DNA from: Cenarchaeum sp.
GTDB lineage: Archaea > Thermoproteota > Nitrososphaeria > Nitrososphaerales > Nitrosopumilaceae
Assembly: GCA_963693095.2 (NCBI GenBank)
Contig: OY843768.1
Coordinates: 1,504,001 to 1,568,000 of the forward strand
DNA length: 64,000 bases
Direction of reading: 5' to 3'
Shown in pieces: positions 59,601 to 64,000 of this stretch (position 1 is its first letter; every line of letters starts with the position of its first letter). A program made the position numbers and the translations under genes. The notes beneath the pieces are model-generated. The model was not told the origin of the DNA. It searched no databases and was given only the letters and a program-made list of their open reading frames with translations.

Positions 59601-59606
59601 CCCCAT
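41610..59606 (-). CDS. Giant (~5,998-aa) secreted/surface protein with many Ig-like repeats
   Basis: Uninterrupted ~18-kb frame. Signal peptide MGVRTLALALIVAAVLAVSGSATMAHA; TATA TTATATAA at 59629-59636; more than 30 Thr/Ala/Ser/Asp-rich beta-sandwich-type units (DxxAP...I/VxVxFSEPV); thaumarchaeal-type C-terminal DCTPPTLGVD...NHG..GESLN domain. Confidence 0.9.
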   Translation of the reverse strand: MGVRTLALALIVAAVLAVSGSATMAHATPPEIPCDLECQWPMGTHSETPETITAGVPFPVSLWYAWEGVPGNAAIGKATVSMESPPVDPDSPADQLFADILDYLEENPILAASPVAYAQTTDGAAVTIRTSGDVGYVAHNSWVGTAEASLARASVSVLESDAEFASLSSISGALAGLAAGTAQISVVNFEPNFGDRATTAPTQDTSEWELIEGAAGDVDGSCERVAGAGTPRDLLGVVSVRSGSGVVIVHDALSSTASRLHAIYDPDSSPSVPGTQDSYKGCAYLADRNDHVEITAYTAATSALGITADRIVVSFSEDIALRTTPDAQARATRTTFGQDCSLPNACISRTAMGISVGPGSDSLTIEPVGHTGFPTAPFDVWSTSGRFEVTWVSNSASSGILRANDAVLGTNAPLSRNIAVPPTLAVTDGLPPAVSDFPRETGPNTLILADEPAVADGPGILEGVDVWRTPVGGAREPVAVSGTSRISTPGSFSYAFSLTATPPLAATDHVELVGLADSEGNVSVKPAIASVEREGRSRTVVVLSEPVSGTTRAGHWFVSGEGAGEPRVRAVGVSSGRTTPAPDATAGGLADVAVVVADHIALSHAPVSSSSALTVEYVPPAPAGFGKLDGRLGSSGLLLEAQTVSGLPFTARATAPGTVEVSLHGGTAGGTTSAADWSVGGGAPASVSVPGTAPAAGSVTVPASGAITLHLPASAILDGLAPSSTLSYSAPRSGGVTIAGEPMASAGPVPVHDGIAPTLTGARFAGPTTVLVGFSEPVSVLPTASVTPPGESARAADAPAAQSAHSRAIAVTVPSASDGDEYDLELRDVRDAAGNPFAVPPAATTATYEDGMYVSTARTVSSTRTTVDLGGSLALWGGSTLASEWSLVERVDGADVTRAVTGVGAGTAEPVASYTHTSIIAPSPPRLTLVHEALSSPASVPEVRHSSSREARLSTGADASAFASDADVPLLSTSVPHPEAADGVAPTVLLVTFTTPTRILLQFSEPMTASFVGWSITGSRGSPEFTSVMYGSTDSIVTLDVTGLAEGVEYTIRPPAGFTDMGSNASPTARFFHDTISPMISSARTTSASVIEVTMSEDVVFGGEPTAAQRGAPWRATIGGVAHTPIDASVDDLILTLTFAADSLPTAAVGATLAYTDPGTNVAGRILDTASKPLASVASAPLADGAGPEIVSVATRETDNGDGTYTHETVVTLSEAAAVQGSPTAGEIAGHWGVSWSVNGVSTMQMVTGAAVSGSTVVLSHANLPDTGTTPLASYTRGDAAGRLVSAADGNVLADDDEMAATDGIRPRATSISFTDASTITVAFSEAVSLPSDPAERLAAFALYNSENTQPAGTVSAANPQTASTVITLSLASPVADGVYSLRLASTITDSAGLAHEADVEMATMDTTRPTFTAGATSLGTTAIEFSEPVHGTLDTSDWAIRDDPDGAAGPMRAVSRAITAMSYIDANGMTVTATPGAPVTIAATGATRVFTVAHESLSSANPTATLAYSGTRITDAFSFTVAATAPASPATIADRIAPSILQAEFLSATTVHVTFSEPVTTPSSGWTTTGSLSITSAAEGPAPHVVALTVTGAQLNLGYAFTVPAPATPDTTNVVRDRSTSANAVEPGAQITARYSQSAPALASLEVTVLRDDTDDSVVNPTVRMGSRAELARVGDLIRVTATLATAAPAGAANVPTIAILGGSASNMAEVTVGSPAPPARTQWTSDHMVDASSTEGPVTFTLTTKNAQATSTASEDDITSGGATVDTTAPAHLETAFEDADTLIIRFSEQIYAAPSTISVTPAGGTATSPSTSHTVGSSAIRINLASSASAGVVHTVAIPSNSFLDRADNAASASSQTATYEPAPTVTGAETSSLTTTTVTFSAAVRGTVGITGWTMTDPDSVSTTDDTRRVTGFALAADGMSATLTHERLRSTASTPTVAYDGTALLLGDAGHLMATSPAITATDGVVPKLVRVTFGSASTIRIHFSEPLANSAVEAQYSVSIPSAYRSGTVTLFDPYTTVVRSFTAEMEIVEGTVATVVVPSVAARTGTQSSVAVTVTATYDASPPAVLSTGGFYVSAPDEFTLVFDEAMAYDALGETISVTPAGGTATVAQVRHNADNPAAFTLSVDAVESGTAHSVVLGAGIMDANGAATTASQTVTAPAVTIDRTAPFGVLTTPLTIAGPVRQLAFPDASPISELSLDDDVTLRSPSGETIPVSERARSAASVDFAYNSGESATGEYRITLDPEAAGTLGSYVAYPFTRAFEHGRPVFTAYIASPTQVIVKFSEPLALRPGVSALSGDNWWIDETPSTLVPVVEPNASAVDAETLDAHPLRLNGASPDLSPDGRILTLTLPEGSALPADADGLLVRYAVDFTDYASGDRLADFLELIRSGSSDSMTSAILGSNTGAYADADLPADSTVPTLTVSARVLWDDPTDGVTDKVERTGANALTAGIGSDIVITATLSEAAGYGDNAPTLGFFGDTPTLMRWVSGGYREAWSATHTVTATDPTTLAFALSAADGGANEVTASAADLAQAVTFDLTVPPSPSASLSVVNNEITIDFGDPVYGVPPTMALSKSGATATPSVAVTHVDGDSTATMTIPSTLAFVTGDIYTITIPPDTIHDVGGNTVAGGPIMAANRIPFTIRTSGDVGYVAHNSWAGTAEASLARASVSVLESDAEFASLSSISGALAGLAAGTAQISVVNFEPNFGDRATTTPTQDTSEWELIEGAASDVDGSCERVAGAGTPRALLGVVSVRSGAGVVIVHDALSSTASRLHAIYDPDSSPSVPNTQDSYKGCAYLADRNDHVEITAYTATTSAFGIRADRIVVSFGEDIALRTTPAAQAGHTRTTFGQDCSVPNACISYTARGISVGPGSDSLTIEPTGHVGFPTATYDVWSALGRFEVTWVSTAASSGILRANDAVLGTNAPLSRNIAVPPTLAVTDGMPPAMSEAPRETGPNTLFLTEDPAVADGPGILDGVEVWRTPVGGAREPVAASGTSRASTPGSFSYAFSLTATPPLAATDHVELVGLADPVGNVSVKPAIASVEREGRSRTVVVLSEPVSGTTRAGHWFVSGEGTGEPRARAVGVAAGRAAPAPDATAGGLADVAVVVAYRVTLSHAPVSSSSALTVEYVPPAPAGFAKLDGRLGSAGLLLEAQTVSDLPFTARATAPGTVEVTLHGGAAGGTTSAADWSVGGGAPASVSVPGTAPAAGSVTVPASGAITLHLPPSALLEDSTPSSTLSYSAPSSGGVTIAGEPMASAGPVPVHDGIAPALTGARFAGPTTVLVGFSEPVSVLPTASVTPPGERASAADAAAAQSAHSRAIAVTVPSASDGDEYNVELRDVRDAAGNPFAVPPAATTATYEDGMYVSTARTVSSTRTTVDLGGSLALWSGSTLASEWSLVERVDGADVTRAVTGVGAGTTEPVASYTHTSVAAPSPPRLTLVHEALSSPASVPEVRHSSSREARLSTGADASAFASDTDVPLLSTSVPHPEAADGAPPTIVSAEFTAANMIAIMFSEALGGTRASIEGLTYAVSAPDGTVTPDDADGDADMIPLAAPDPSASPPVRPVSYDAASQTITLTLASAVPIGLIHTVTLPATLADEGGTAIVDLTEEVVYGSLPTTSFTFTVLDSVSQTSKSGAHANMAGIGDTIRVDLDLDIDVMTPPRITLAGRDTTSVPMGNAGDSDDSTWRHDHGVDSSHASTSAESPLEISILVTDNDGVPYDMTPTTNPAQGTTVTLPEIDTVRPTAMSLTVAVMLAGQAVDAAAGTVAAISDDLLVRLTASETLVTDAADIVFFGRTGVNADMVTDGGSNLHTYDRTILDTDTSGTLTFSLTMRDTAGNTATLTQDNLTGTNVAVDADAPTVTAMSHSDTMRTITLTFSEGLLATTAVAANFEVRGFTAPSTRSAVLDLDSDHGTDGVLYTAGASASEPSTLAIRLDEDDSYGVYKVVISPLVTDTNTNAYVPRLNPDDNPATDDSDITVQKTDMTAPRATELSVIVHDGTPGSNTAKTGLYDDFAGIDDTVRVDVTLNEDAVGTPTIDIAGATGISMADRGDDDATTWRYDLVVSSTTTETTSLDFTINVTDGTTSGTITAMTGHMGTLMVSRPTVDRTAPTATVTTSVRLEDASSDSSTVTTAGIDDEVRVTLTASEALDARVADIALFGLTGASTVNADSVEGVGANAYAYVRTIASGDVGGEIEFSVTFRDRAGNAGASALTHGDAAARVAVDATTPTIVSAETASTTTLTVTLSEDVTGTGTWSAESGSTTAVISSADVSGDTVTLTYGTIDDTSFAPTVRYTGTGIVDAGRNALQSGSSTPTADGVAPTATAAFTGQTITITFSEPVNGVTPTLTLTQPNGETIAPTFFHDDGDITASATLDGALPMGAWRVAIPASVEDVNENPLDAASRDISVGFSVAPTTISYTVFEQDGSTARQGALAAYARADDQIRLSVTLDGGVSMAPTVLFVGDTAPSDTVTMTQVGSTDEWRATYTVETAAAAPDIDGRFTFAMSVTGAVSGVSGTITDRSLSTVPPTIDHIVPTISAQTSGLREISVTFSDPVSGATVASEWRIGGTLATGISSGGPAQAGELSLTNGETLTLHLSEAGALADGSVRPAVVFTARATGGLADVAGNPVADTSVAAVDRIPPRLESMEFDGSRTIIVTLSEPIDGDTLGTIPPNSLSPRLGAIGHDYTQGSTSLMLGTVERARAGATHSLTLPASVTDVANPDGVARNAISRDSVSATLLNVLPLTFTARTYNASHVIVTFSEPVQGTTAASEWTLDVPSSDLVTPDGAGRAVNAVADEPHPMSAQRLDDTILASSEFTTPFYVGHKDPSVNPFPVWGPGATPVVTFTEPSDGLTNVVAADETSVALPTRSVTAGDGIAPTVLSALFVTQGRIHVIFDEDVSFESTGWSVSGLDVTDVTRGSGDTVVLDVNPPAVAGVAHTVEIARSSVRDGGSNELEADARITGVEYRDTITFAAKTQRDSSGTHIMVVFGDDVRGTTVASEWTIGVGVDGSGGAQADAILVRCTSGGSLMAAASVNVADICSGEDPEPRTFYLEYDAPDSGATPRVAYAAPTAQGATPIVSGFNGLPISSRAVLASDGLAPLFAAVATATSRTLEVTFDEDVMAADGEPDASRWHHYDSAGMIPTQAELDAAVAAGTSFASAELDGRTLTLTLPGSYAPVTGWGSGDTAAVPTTIGYSVPAGESPDILDVSSAANGLAGGIATRDVADAAPPEADTLTVIVVEDPDSDGTFTPKSGTGMRTASIGDAISATITLSEPSSSSSPPTFGALGEVQEMTLSNSDTTATGAIAVPPTWARDGPLEFSIVLTDATVAANTATLTQADLAGEPIDVDVNEPTIESVLRVSSTSLQFVFSEEVTGTGTVSASADSSPDPATDPSAPLLIRPSPTGRIAVAALALAGSHTFTLGAGITDVAGNAIAAQEVAIDDDGEFESPALSAPASGALPLSFRAPGERPAPITLLTDDLVADASGTFGADLTATVGGVSLTIRSGTILRDLGPTDAGATAGTLVARLTERAASTVYVGAIVAADADATDYNELVAAAINSREPHTLVVLGKEDASTPVLLSRPAAIRIDGVSRSSHIFYIDGAELRDVHGMRTCAEAGHGDADATTAPTLADATSAALADECYVRDDADVVIWTNHLTLFGASLQGLVNRVSGCSDCTPPTLGVDGTGTRRVSGGFEYNGDVTDAEYYHTPLPLITVETGQENVAILKVFEDTGPRNVRHVGLGFGLERGQHFAESRAEIHVDMPYGGGHTVRLDDPDNAIDADTLDVHVDTVKCMAGSDADCRLVMIRHTFRTPLEFSVVSTIVWDDRRNAWQNTFNHGVHVTGESLNARHGIPVNDGNLVLYPLISGHVDGDGDGIYDYDVRHVTYMLDSDYRVYRLAVDGTYQPLRNLASLLHELDEPLYWGTEYLPHGPARGTELFEGILEEERKIAADRLVEVDLLNLLRSAADKQSQ
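49091..59230. repeat. 2,574-bp intragenic direct duplication (49091-51664 and 56657-59230)
   Basis: Both ends align at a constant offset of 7,566 bp; the 858-aa block is near-identical in the translation. Confidence 0.95.
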
Positions 59607-59628
59607 TACGGCACGAAACGTCGAGGCC

Positions 59629-59636
59629 TTATATAA
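59629..59636 (-). promoter_or_regulatory. TATA box of the giant surface protein gene
   Basis: TTATATAA 22 nt upstream of ATG 59606. Confidence 0.7.
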
Positions 59637-59727
59637 TAAGAGATCTCTATCAGGGGGCCGTTTCATAACCGGCGGCCATGCGCGTGGCATATACACCCTG
59701 CCCATGTTGACCCTCCACACCTGTGAC

Positions 59728-61527
59728 CTATGCGGCGATTGCCGTGGCGTCAGGGTTTTTTGCGCGCGCCTCTGCCTCAAGCGCCTCGTTGTGGCGTCCG
59801 AGTTTGCGCAGTATCATGGCCCTGTTCTTGTGCCATTCGGCACGGTCAGAGTTCATCGAGATCGCGTGGTTTATTGTATCAAGCGCCTCGTTGTGGCGTC
59901 CAAGTTTGTGTAGTATCATGGCCTTGCTCAGGTGCCATTCGGCACGGTCAGAGTCCATCGAGATCGCGCGAACCACTGTCTTAAGTGCCTCGTTGCTGCG
60001 CTCGAGGTCGTTCAAGATGACTGCCTTGTTGGCATATGTCACACTGCTTGGATCCAGCTCAAGCGCGCGGTCTATTGCCTTAAGCGCATCGTTGTCGCGC
60101 CCGAGGCCGCGCAGTGCAAATGTCCTGTACCTGTGCAATACGGCATCATCGGACGTCTTTGCGACCATCTTGTCAAGGATCTCAAGCGCATCGGCATGGC
60201 GGCCAAGCAGGCAGTTATAGACGGACATGGCCGCATCCACATCATCTGCGCCAACAATAACTGCAGAGCCGCCGGCTACAAGGTCGATGTTCAGCGGGTT
60301 ATAAGATATTGAGAGTCCCTGCGTGCCGTTCTTCTGAACTCTGTGACCTAGGTCGTACGCCCTTAGGGTTGTTGCGGCCGGATCAAAGACCAGGTCTGGC
60401 GGCGGCGTCAGGGCAAACGTCCGCTTGCCTCTGTTGCGCCCGCAGAGCTCTTCGGCCATGACACCGCCGAGCTCGCCTGCCGGAACGCGCTCCGTGCCGC
60501 AGACGATGCACTCGTCAGCGCGAAACGTCCTCGTTGTCGAAAAGTCCATTGTGTCAATGTCAACGTGGAGTATGCGGCCTGCTAGCGCAGGCTCCTTGCC
60601 GGTCAAGAGGCGCGCGGCCTCAGATGCCTCTATTCCGCCAACGATCGACAGGACTGCGGGGTTTACGCCCTCTATGCTGCACGTCGGCATGGCGTCCTCG
60701 TCAAGCGCGGGGAACACGCAGTGATAGCACGCAGTCTTTTCTGGCACTATGGTGAGTGCCTGGCCGCTCACGCCGACGGCAGCGCCACTGACGAACGGTA
60801 TGCCGGCTCCGACGCATGCGCGGTTTAGCGCGTATCGCGCGTTTACACTATCAAGTGCGTCTATAACTACGTCGCAGCCCGCAATGACGCCAGCTGCGTT
60901 GGCCGCGTTCACCGAGACTGCCCTCTCCTCGACGATCACATTGGTGTTCATGGCGCGTAGGCGCTTGGCGGCGGCCTCTACCTTTACCTTTCCCACGTCA
61001 TCTTCCGTAAAGAGCACCTGTCTGTGGAGGTTTGAGAACTCGATGACGTCGCGGTCGACTAGACGCACGTGGCCAACGCCCATGCCAACTAGCCTGGCCG
61101 CTATCGGGTGACCGAGTCCGCCGACGCCGACGATGCATACGTGTGAGGCTCGCAGCTTTAGCTGACCCTCATATCCAATTCCCTCTAGCATGACCTGGCG
61201 CGAGTACCTGTCGAGATCACGAGGCGATAGCTCACCAGAGCCGCCGGCGACGGCCGGCAGGAGATAGACCTCATCACCGTCACTGAGCGCAGTGCCTAGG
61301 CCGCCAGAGAACTGGGCGTTCTTGCCGTTGACGTACATGTTTACAAGCGCGCGCGGCACGGGCTCGGGGGCCTTTGGGTCCTCGAGAACCTTGCGCGCAA
61401 AGTCCTCGCCCATCTCGCCGACGGCTACGCGAAGCGCGTCTCGCAGCGTGGTCGCATCGATCTCTAGCTTTTTCTCGCCGCCACCGGCATTGAGCACAGA
61501 GGGCACGACAAAGCTGATCTTGGCCAT
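59728..61527 (-). CDS. Ubiquitin-like (MoaD/ThiS/SAMP)-E1 (ThiF/MoeB/UbaA) fusion with C-terminal TPR repeats
   Basis: Ubl ending LLPAVAGG; RYSRQ, GVGGLG, D.D.IEFSNLHRQ, CYHC, catalytic PTCSIEG and CIVC motifs; about 150-aa tail of 34-aa LGRHNEAL..I..AI repeats. Confidence 0.92.
   Translation of the reverse strand: MAKISFVVPSVLNAGGGEKKLEIDATTLRDALRVAVGEMGEDFARKVLEDPKAPEPVPRALVNMYVNGKNAQFSGGLGTALSDGDEVYLLPAVAGGSGELSPRDLDRYSRQVMLEGIGYEGQLKLRASHVCIVGVGGLGHPIAARLVGMGVGHVRLVDRDVIEFSNLHRQVLFTEDDVGKVKVEAAAKRLRAMNTNVIVEERAVSVNAANAAGVIAGCDVVIDALDSVNARYALNRACVGAGIPFVSGAAVGVSGQALTIVPEKTACYHCVFPALDEDAMPTCSIEGVNPAVLSIVGGIEASEAARLLTGKEPALAGRILHVDIDTMDFSTTRTFRADECIVCGTERVPAGELGGVMAEELCGRNRGKRTFALTPPPDLVFDPAATTLRAYDLGHRVQKNGTQGLSISYNPLNIDLVAGGSAVIVGADDVDAAMSVYNCLLGRHADALEILDKMVAKTSDDAVLHRYRTFALRGLGRDNDALKAIDRALELDPSSVTYANKAVILNDLERSNEALKTVVRAISMDSDRAEWHLSKAMILHKLGRHNEALDTINHAISMNSDRAEWHKNRAMILRKLGRHNEALEAEARAKNPDATAIAA
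59777..59968. repeat. 102-bp tandem repeat (two TPR units)
   Basis: TCAAGCGCCTCGTTGTGGCGTCC starts at 59777 and 59879. Confidence 0.92.
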
Positions 61528-61872
61528 CTAGGAGACCACCCACTCCGTAACATCCTTTTTGCACGTGGGGCACCACACGCTCAGGCTCTCCCCAAAGATA
61601 CTCATCGCAGCTGGCAGCCCTATGCCATCCTTGTCCTCGCCCCACCTTGTCACGGGCTTTTTGCACGTGCGGCAGTGCCACAGTGTCTCCTTGACACCGG
61701 CCATCTTGGCCACAAGGTTGCTCACGCCTGAGTTACGCGTGTTGCAGTCGCCGCATATTCGGCGCACAGAAGCGCCATGTATTCTGTTCTTGCCTGGAGG
61801 AACTTTGGTTCCACAGTGGCCGCATCGAAAGAACGTGACGCAGTCGTCAGTCATGCGCTCCATCTCGGCCAT
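61528..61872 (-). CDS. 114-aa protein with four CxxC motifs (double zinc finger/ribbon)
   Basis: CGHC, CGDC, CRTC and CPTC; abuts thrC and the E1 gene by TAG-ATG junctions. Confidence 0.8.
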   Translation of the reverse strand: MAEMERMTDDCVTFFRCGHCGTKVPPGKNRIHGASVRRICGDCNTRNSGVSNLVAKMAGVKETLWHCRTCKKPVTRWGEDKDGIGLPAAMSIFGESLSVWCPTCKKDVTEWVVS

Positions 61873-63075
61873 CTAGCGTGCCACCGCCTCCATGACCGGC
61901 ACGGGTGTCGGCGCCTTTAGTAGCGGCGAGAGCGGCTCGATGGCCTTTAGGCCGTTGCCCGTCACATAGCACACGACAGTCTCATCACGCTCGACGAGGC
62001 CCGACTCGACCATCTTTTTGAGGACCGCGACGGACACGCCGCCGGCCGGCTCGGTGAATATGCCCTCGGTCCGCGCGAGGAGCAGTATGGCATCGAGTAT
62101 CTCGGCGTCGCCGGCCTCCTCGGCAGTCCCCGAGCTCGCCCTTAGCCTGCGCACGACGTACGGCCCGTCGCCGGGGTCGCCTATCGCCAGGCTCTTGGCG
62201 ACAGTCTCTGGCCTCTCAACGGGCACCACACGGCCACCGTTGCGAAACGCCGTGACTACTGGCGCGCATCCCGTGGGCTGGGCCGCGTCGACCTTCATGC
62301 CAGAGATCTCGCCGACGAGTGAGTGCTCGTGGAGCTCCTCAAAGCCCTTGCATATCGCGTTGAGCATCGCGCCGCTGCCAACGGGCACGACGAGGCGGTC
62401 GGGAACCTCCCAGCCGAGCTGCTCGGCGGCCTCGTAGGCCAGCGTCTTTGAGCCCTCGACATAATATGACCTCATGTTGATGTTGACGATGCCGTGGCCC
62501 TCGCGGTCACCGGCACGCGCGGCCATCCTGTTGGCGTCATCATACGTGCCATCAACTGAGATGAGCTCGGCGCCGTACGAGAGGGCCTGCACGACCTTTG
62601 GCGGCTCGATCTCAGCCGGTGCCCAAACCCTGCAGCGCAGGCCGGCGGCGGCCGCATGGGCCGCAGTTGCCGAGGCGAGGTTGCCTGTCGACGCGCAGCC
62701 GACTGCCGGCAGGCCGAGCTCGACGGATTTCGAGACTGCAACGCCAGCAGGCCTGTCCTTGAACGAGAATGTTGGGTTCATCGAGTCGTTCTTTATGTAG
62801 AGCCGGTCCAGGCCGATGGCCTTGCCGAGCCTCTTTGCGTGCGTGAGTGGCGTCATGCCGGCGCCAATGTTGATGATGTTTGAGCTTGACATGATGGGCA
62901 GCAGCTCGGCGTAGCGCCAGTACGTCGGCTCGCGAGACGCGATGGCCTCACGCGAGACTGTCACGCCGCTGTATTTCACGTCTAGTGGCCCAAAGCACGT
63001 GTCGCACACGTAGCGAAACGTCGGCTCGTGCTCGGCCCCGCACTCGCGGCACACGAGCGATATTGCCCTCTCCAT
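61873..63075 (-). CDS. thrC: Threonine synthase
   Basis: N-terminal CxxC pairs; WRY, G.TPL, NPTFSFKDR, ASTGN, EGSKT, PVGSG, EGIFTEPA and TGNGLK motifs. Confidence 0.94.
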   Translation of the reverse strand: MERAISLVCRECGAEHEPTFRYVCDTCFGPLDVKYSGVTVSREAIASREPTYWRYAELLPIMSSSNIINIGAGMTPLTHAKRLGKAIGLDRLYIKNDSMNPTFSFKDRPAGVAVSKSVELGLPAVGCASTGNLASATAAHAAAAGLRCRVWAPAEIEPPKVVQALSYGAELISVDGTYDDANRMAARAGDREGHGIVNINMRSYYVEGSKTLAYEAAEQLGWEVPDRLVVPVGSGAMLNAICKGFEELHEHSLVGEISGMKVDAAQPTGCAPVVTAFRNGGRVVPVERPETVAKSLAIGDPGDGPYVVRRLRASSGTAEEAGDAEILDAILLLARTEGIFTEPAGGVSVAVLKKMVESGLVERDETVVCYVTGNGLKAIEPLSPLLKAPTPVPVMEAVAR

Positions 63076-63151
63076 GGCTGCGCTATTCACGCGTGAACCT
63101 CTTAAAGGGCGCTAATATCAAGTTTAGTGTGACTTAACACGCACGCGTGCG

Positions 63152-63799
63152 CTATATGGCCGCAGATGCGGCCCCGTCAACTGCTATGGTCTGGCCCGAG
63201 AGGTACTTTACGCGGTTCTCGACGATCCCGCGCACCAGGCCCCCAATCTCGGCGGGCTCGCCGACGCGGCCGGCTGGCAGGTCTTTTGCATAGGTGTCCA
63301 CGTCGCCGACGAGCTCGCGCAGGCGATCCGTGTTGATGGGTCCGGGCGCAATGTTGATCACGCTGACCTGCCTCCTTGCAAGTGTCCTGCTCAGGACCTT
63401 TAGCACGCTAGAGAGCGCTGACCTGTATGCGCCAGACATGACAAGCCTCTCGGATGGTTCGCGCACAACGCTAGAGCTTATGAGAAATATGTACCCACCG
63501 TCGCGAATGCGCACCTCCTTGAGCAGGATGCACATTCCCAAAAAGAGCTGGTTGTGATACTTTAGCCACTCGTTCACTGCAATGTCGGCGAACTCTTTTG
63601 GCGGCGGGCCGCCCGTGTTGAGAACTAGTATGTCAGTCTCGGGGTGCGAGCGCGCAAACGCCATGACACTGTCGAGATCAGACGTGTCAATCTCGTTTCG
63701 TGATGTCGCAGTGACTGTGTGTCCGACGGCCCGCAGCGACTCGGCGATCGCGCCGCCAATCCCGCGCGAGCCGCCAATGACTATCGCCTCATCGGCCAT
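63152..63799 (-). CDS. Short-chain dehydrogenase/reductase (BKR-like)
   Basis: GGSRGIG, NTGGPP, NIAPGPINTDR, PAGRVGEP and GQTIAVDG motifs. Confidence 0.9.
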   Translation of the reverse strand: MADEAIVIGGSRGIGGAIAESLRAVGHTVTATSRNEIDTSDLDSVMAFARSHPETDILVLNTGGPPPKEFADIAVNEWLKYHNQLFLGMCILLKEVRIRDGGYIFLISSSVVREPSERLVMSGAYRSALSSVLKVLSRTLARRQVSVINIAPGPINTDRLRELVGDVDTYAKDLPAGRVGEPAEIGGLVRGIVENRVKYLSGQTIAVDGAASAAI

Positions 63800-63802
63800 G
63801 CG

Positions 63803-64000
63803 CTATTCTCCGGCGAGCTCCGTTATCTCCGTCACTGTCGCCATTACAGAGTCCATGCGGACAACTGCGCGGCCATCGGCCCAGCCGAGCGCGACGTACC
63901 AGTCGCCAGAGTCATCATGGTATTTCGTCTCTAGCGTCTCTATGGAGGCCGGCTCGACGCCCTCGCGCCGCGCTATGGCCGAGACGGCAAGCGAGACGGC
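63803..64000 (-). CDS. Hypothetical protein, C-terminal part (starts beyond the window)
   Basis: Open frame AVSLAVSAIARREGVEPASIETLETKYHDDSGDWYVALGWADGRAVVRMDSVMATVTEITELAGE*, ending 3 nt before the SDR start. Confidence 0.65.
   Translation of the reverse strand, partial: AVSLAVSAIARREGVEPASIETLETKYHDDSGDWYVALGWADGRAVVRMDSVMATVTEITELAGE

Noticed and set aside
59607-59780. ORF-track N-terminal extension of the giant protein, and similar extensions on priL, nfo, top6B, hisG, HMG-CoA reductase, apt, phoU, thiL and the wHTH gene
   Set aside because: They overlap neighbouring genes or TATA boxes and lack family similarity. Downstream starts fit the promoter spacing and conserved N-termini.
1-64000. 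Frequent TAG stops and CTAG/CTA usage as a sign of stop-codon recoding
   Set aside because: TAG falls at the expected C-termini of conserved proteins, with no in-frame TAG inside conserved domains and no pyl genes.

Overview
This is a GC-rich archaeal chromosome segment. The gene content and order (PriS/PriL, aIF-2beta-DUF424-aIF-1A-Rio1-KH-top6B, hisG-D-C, class II HMG-CoA reductase, aTrm56, MoaD-ThiF fusion next to thrC, TATA boxes about 25 nt upstream of start codons) point to an ammonia-oxidising Nitrososphaerota archaeon of the Nitrosopumilaceae/Cenarchaeum type. A host-associated lineage is possible, but that is inference. Most of 1-41.6 kb is housekeeping genes plus tRNA-Leu(CAG) and tRNA-Thr(CGT). 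Small accessory spots interrupt it: a 204-bp triple-repeat ORF next to a gene flanked by 18-bp direct repeats, two orphan DNA methyltransferases, and a microprotein/repeat cluster after tRNA-Thr. The right third holds an ~6,000-aa secreted Ig-like repeat protein with a 2,574-bp internal duplication. Upstream of it is a remodelled thrC operon in which the ubiquitin-like/E1 (MoaD-ThiF) fusion carries a C-terminal TPR array and a four-CxxC zinc-finger gene sits between 15-bp direct repeats. That operon is the best candidate for an undescribed system. No CRISPR array, rRNA, transposase or intact integrase was seen. All family calls are from motif recognition; no database search was run.
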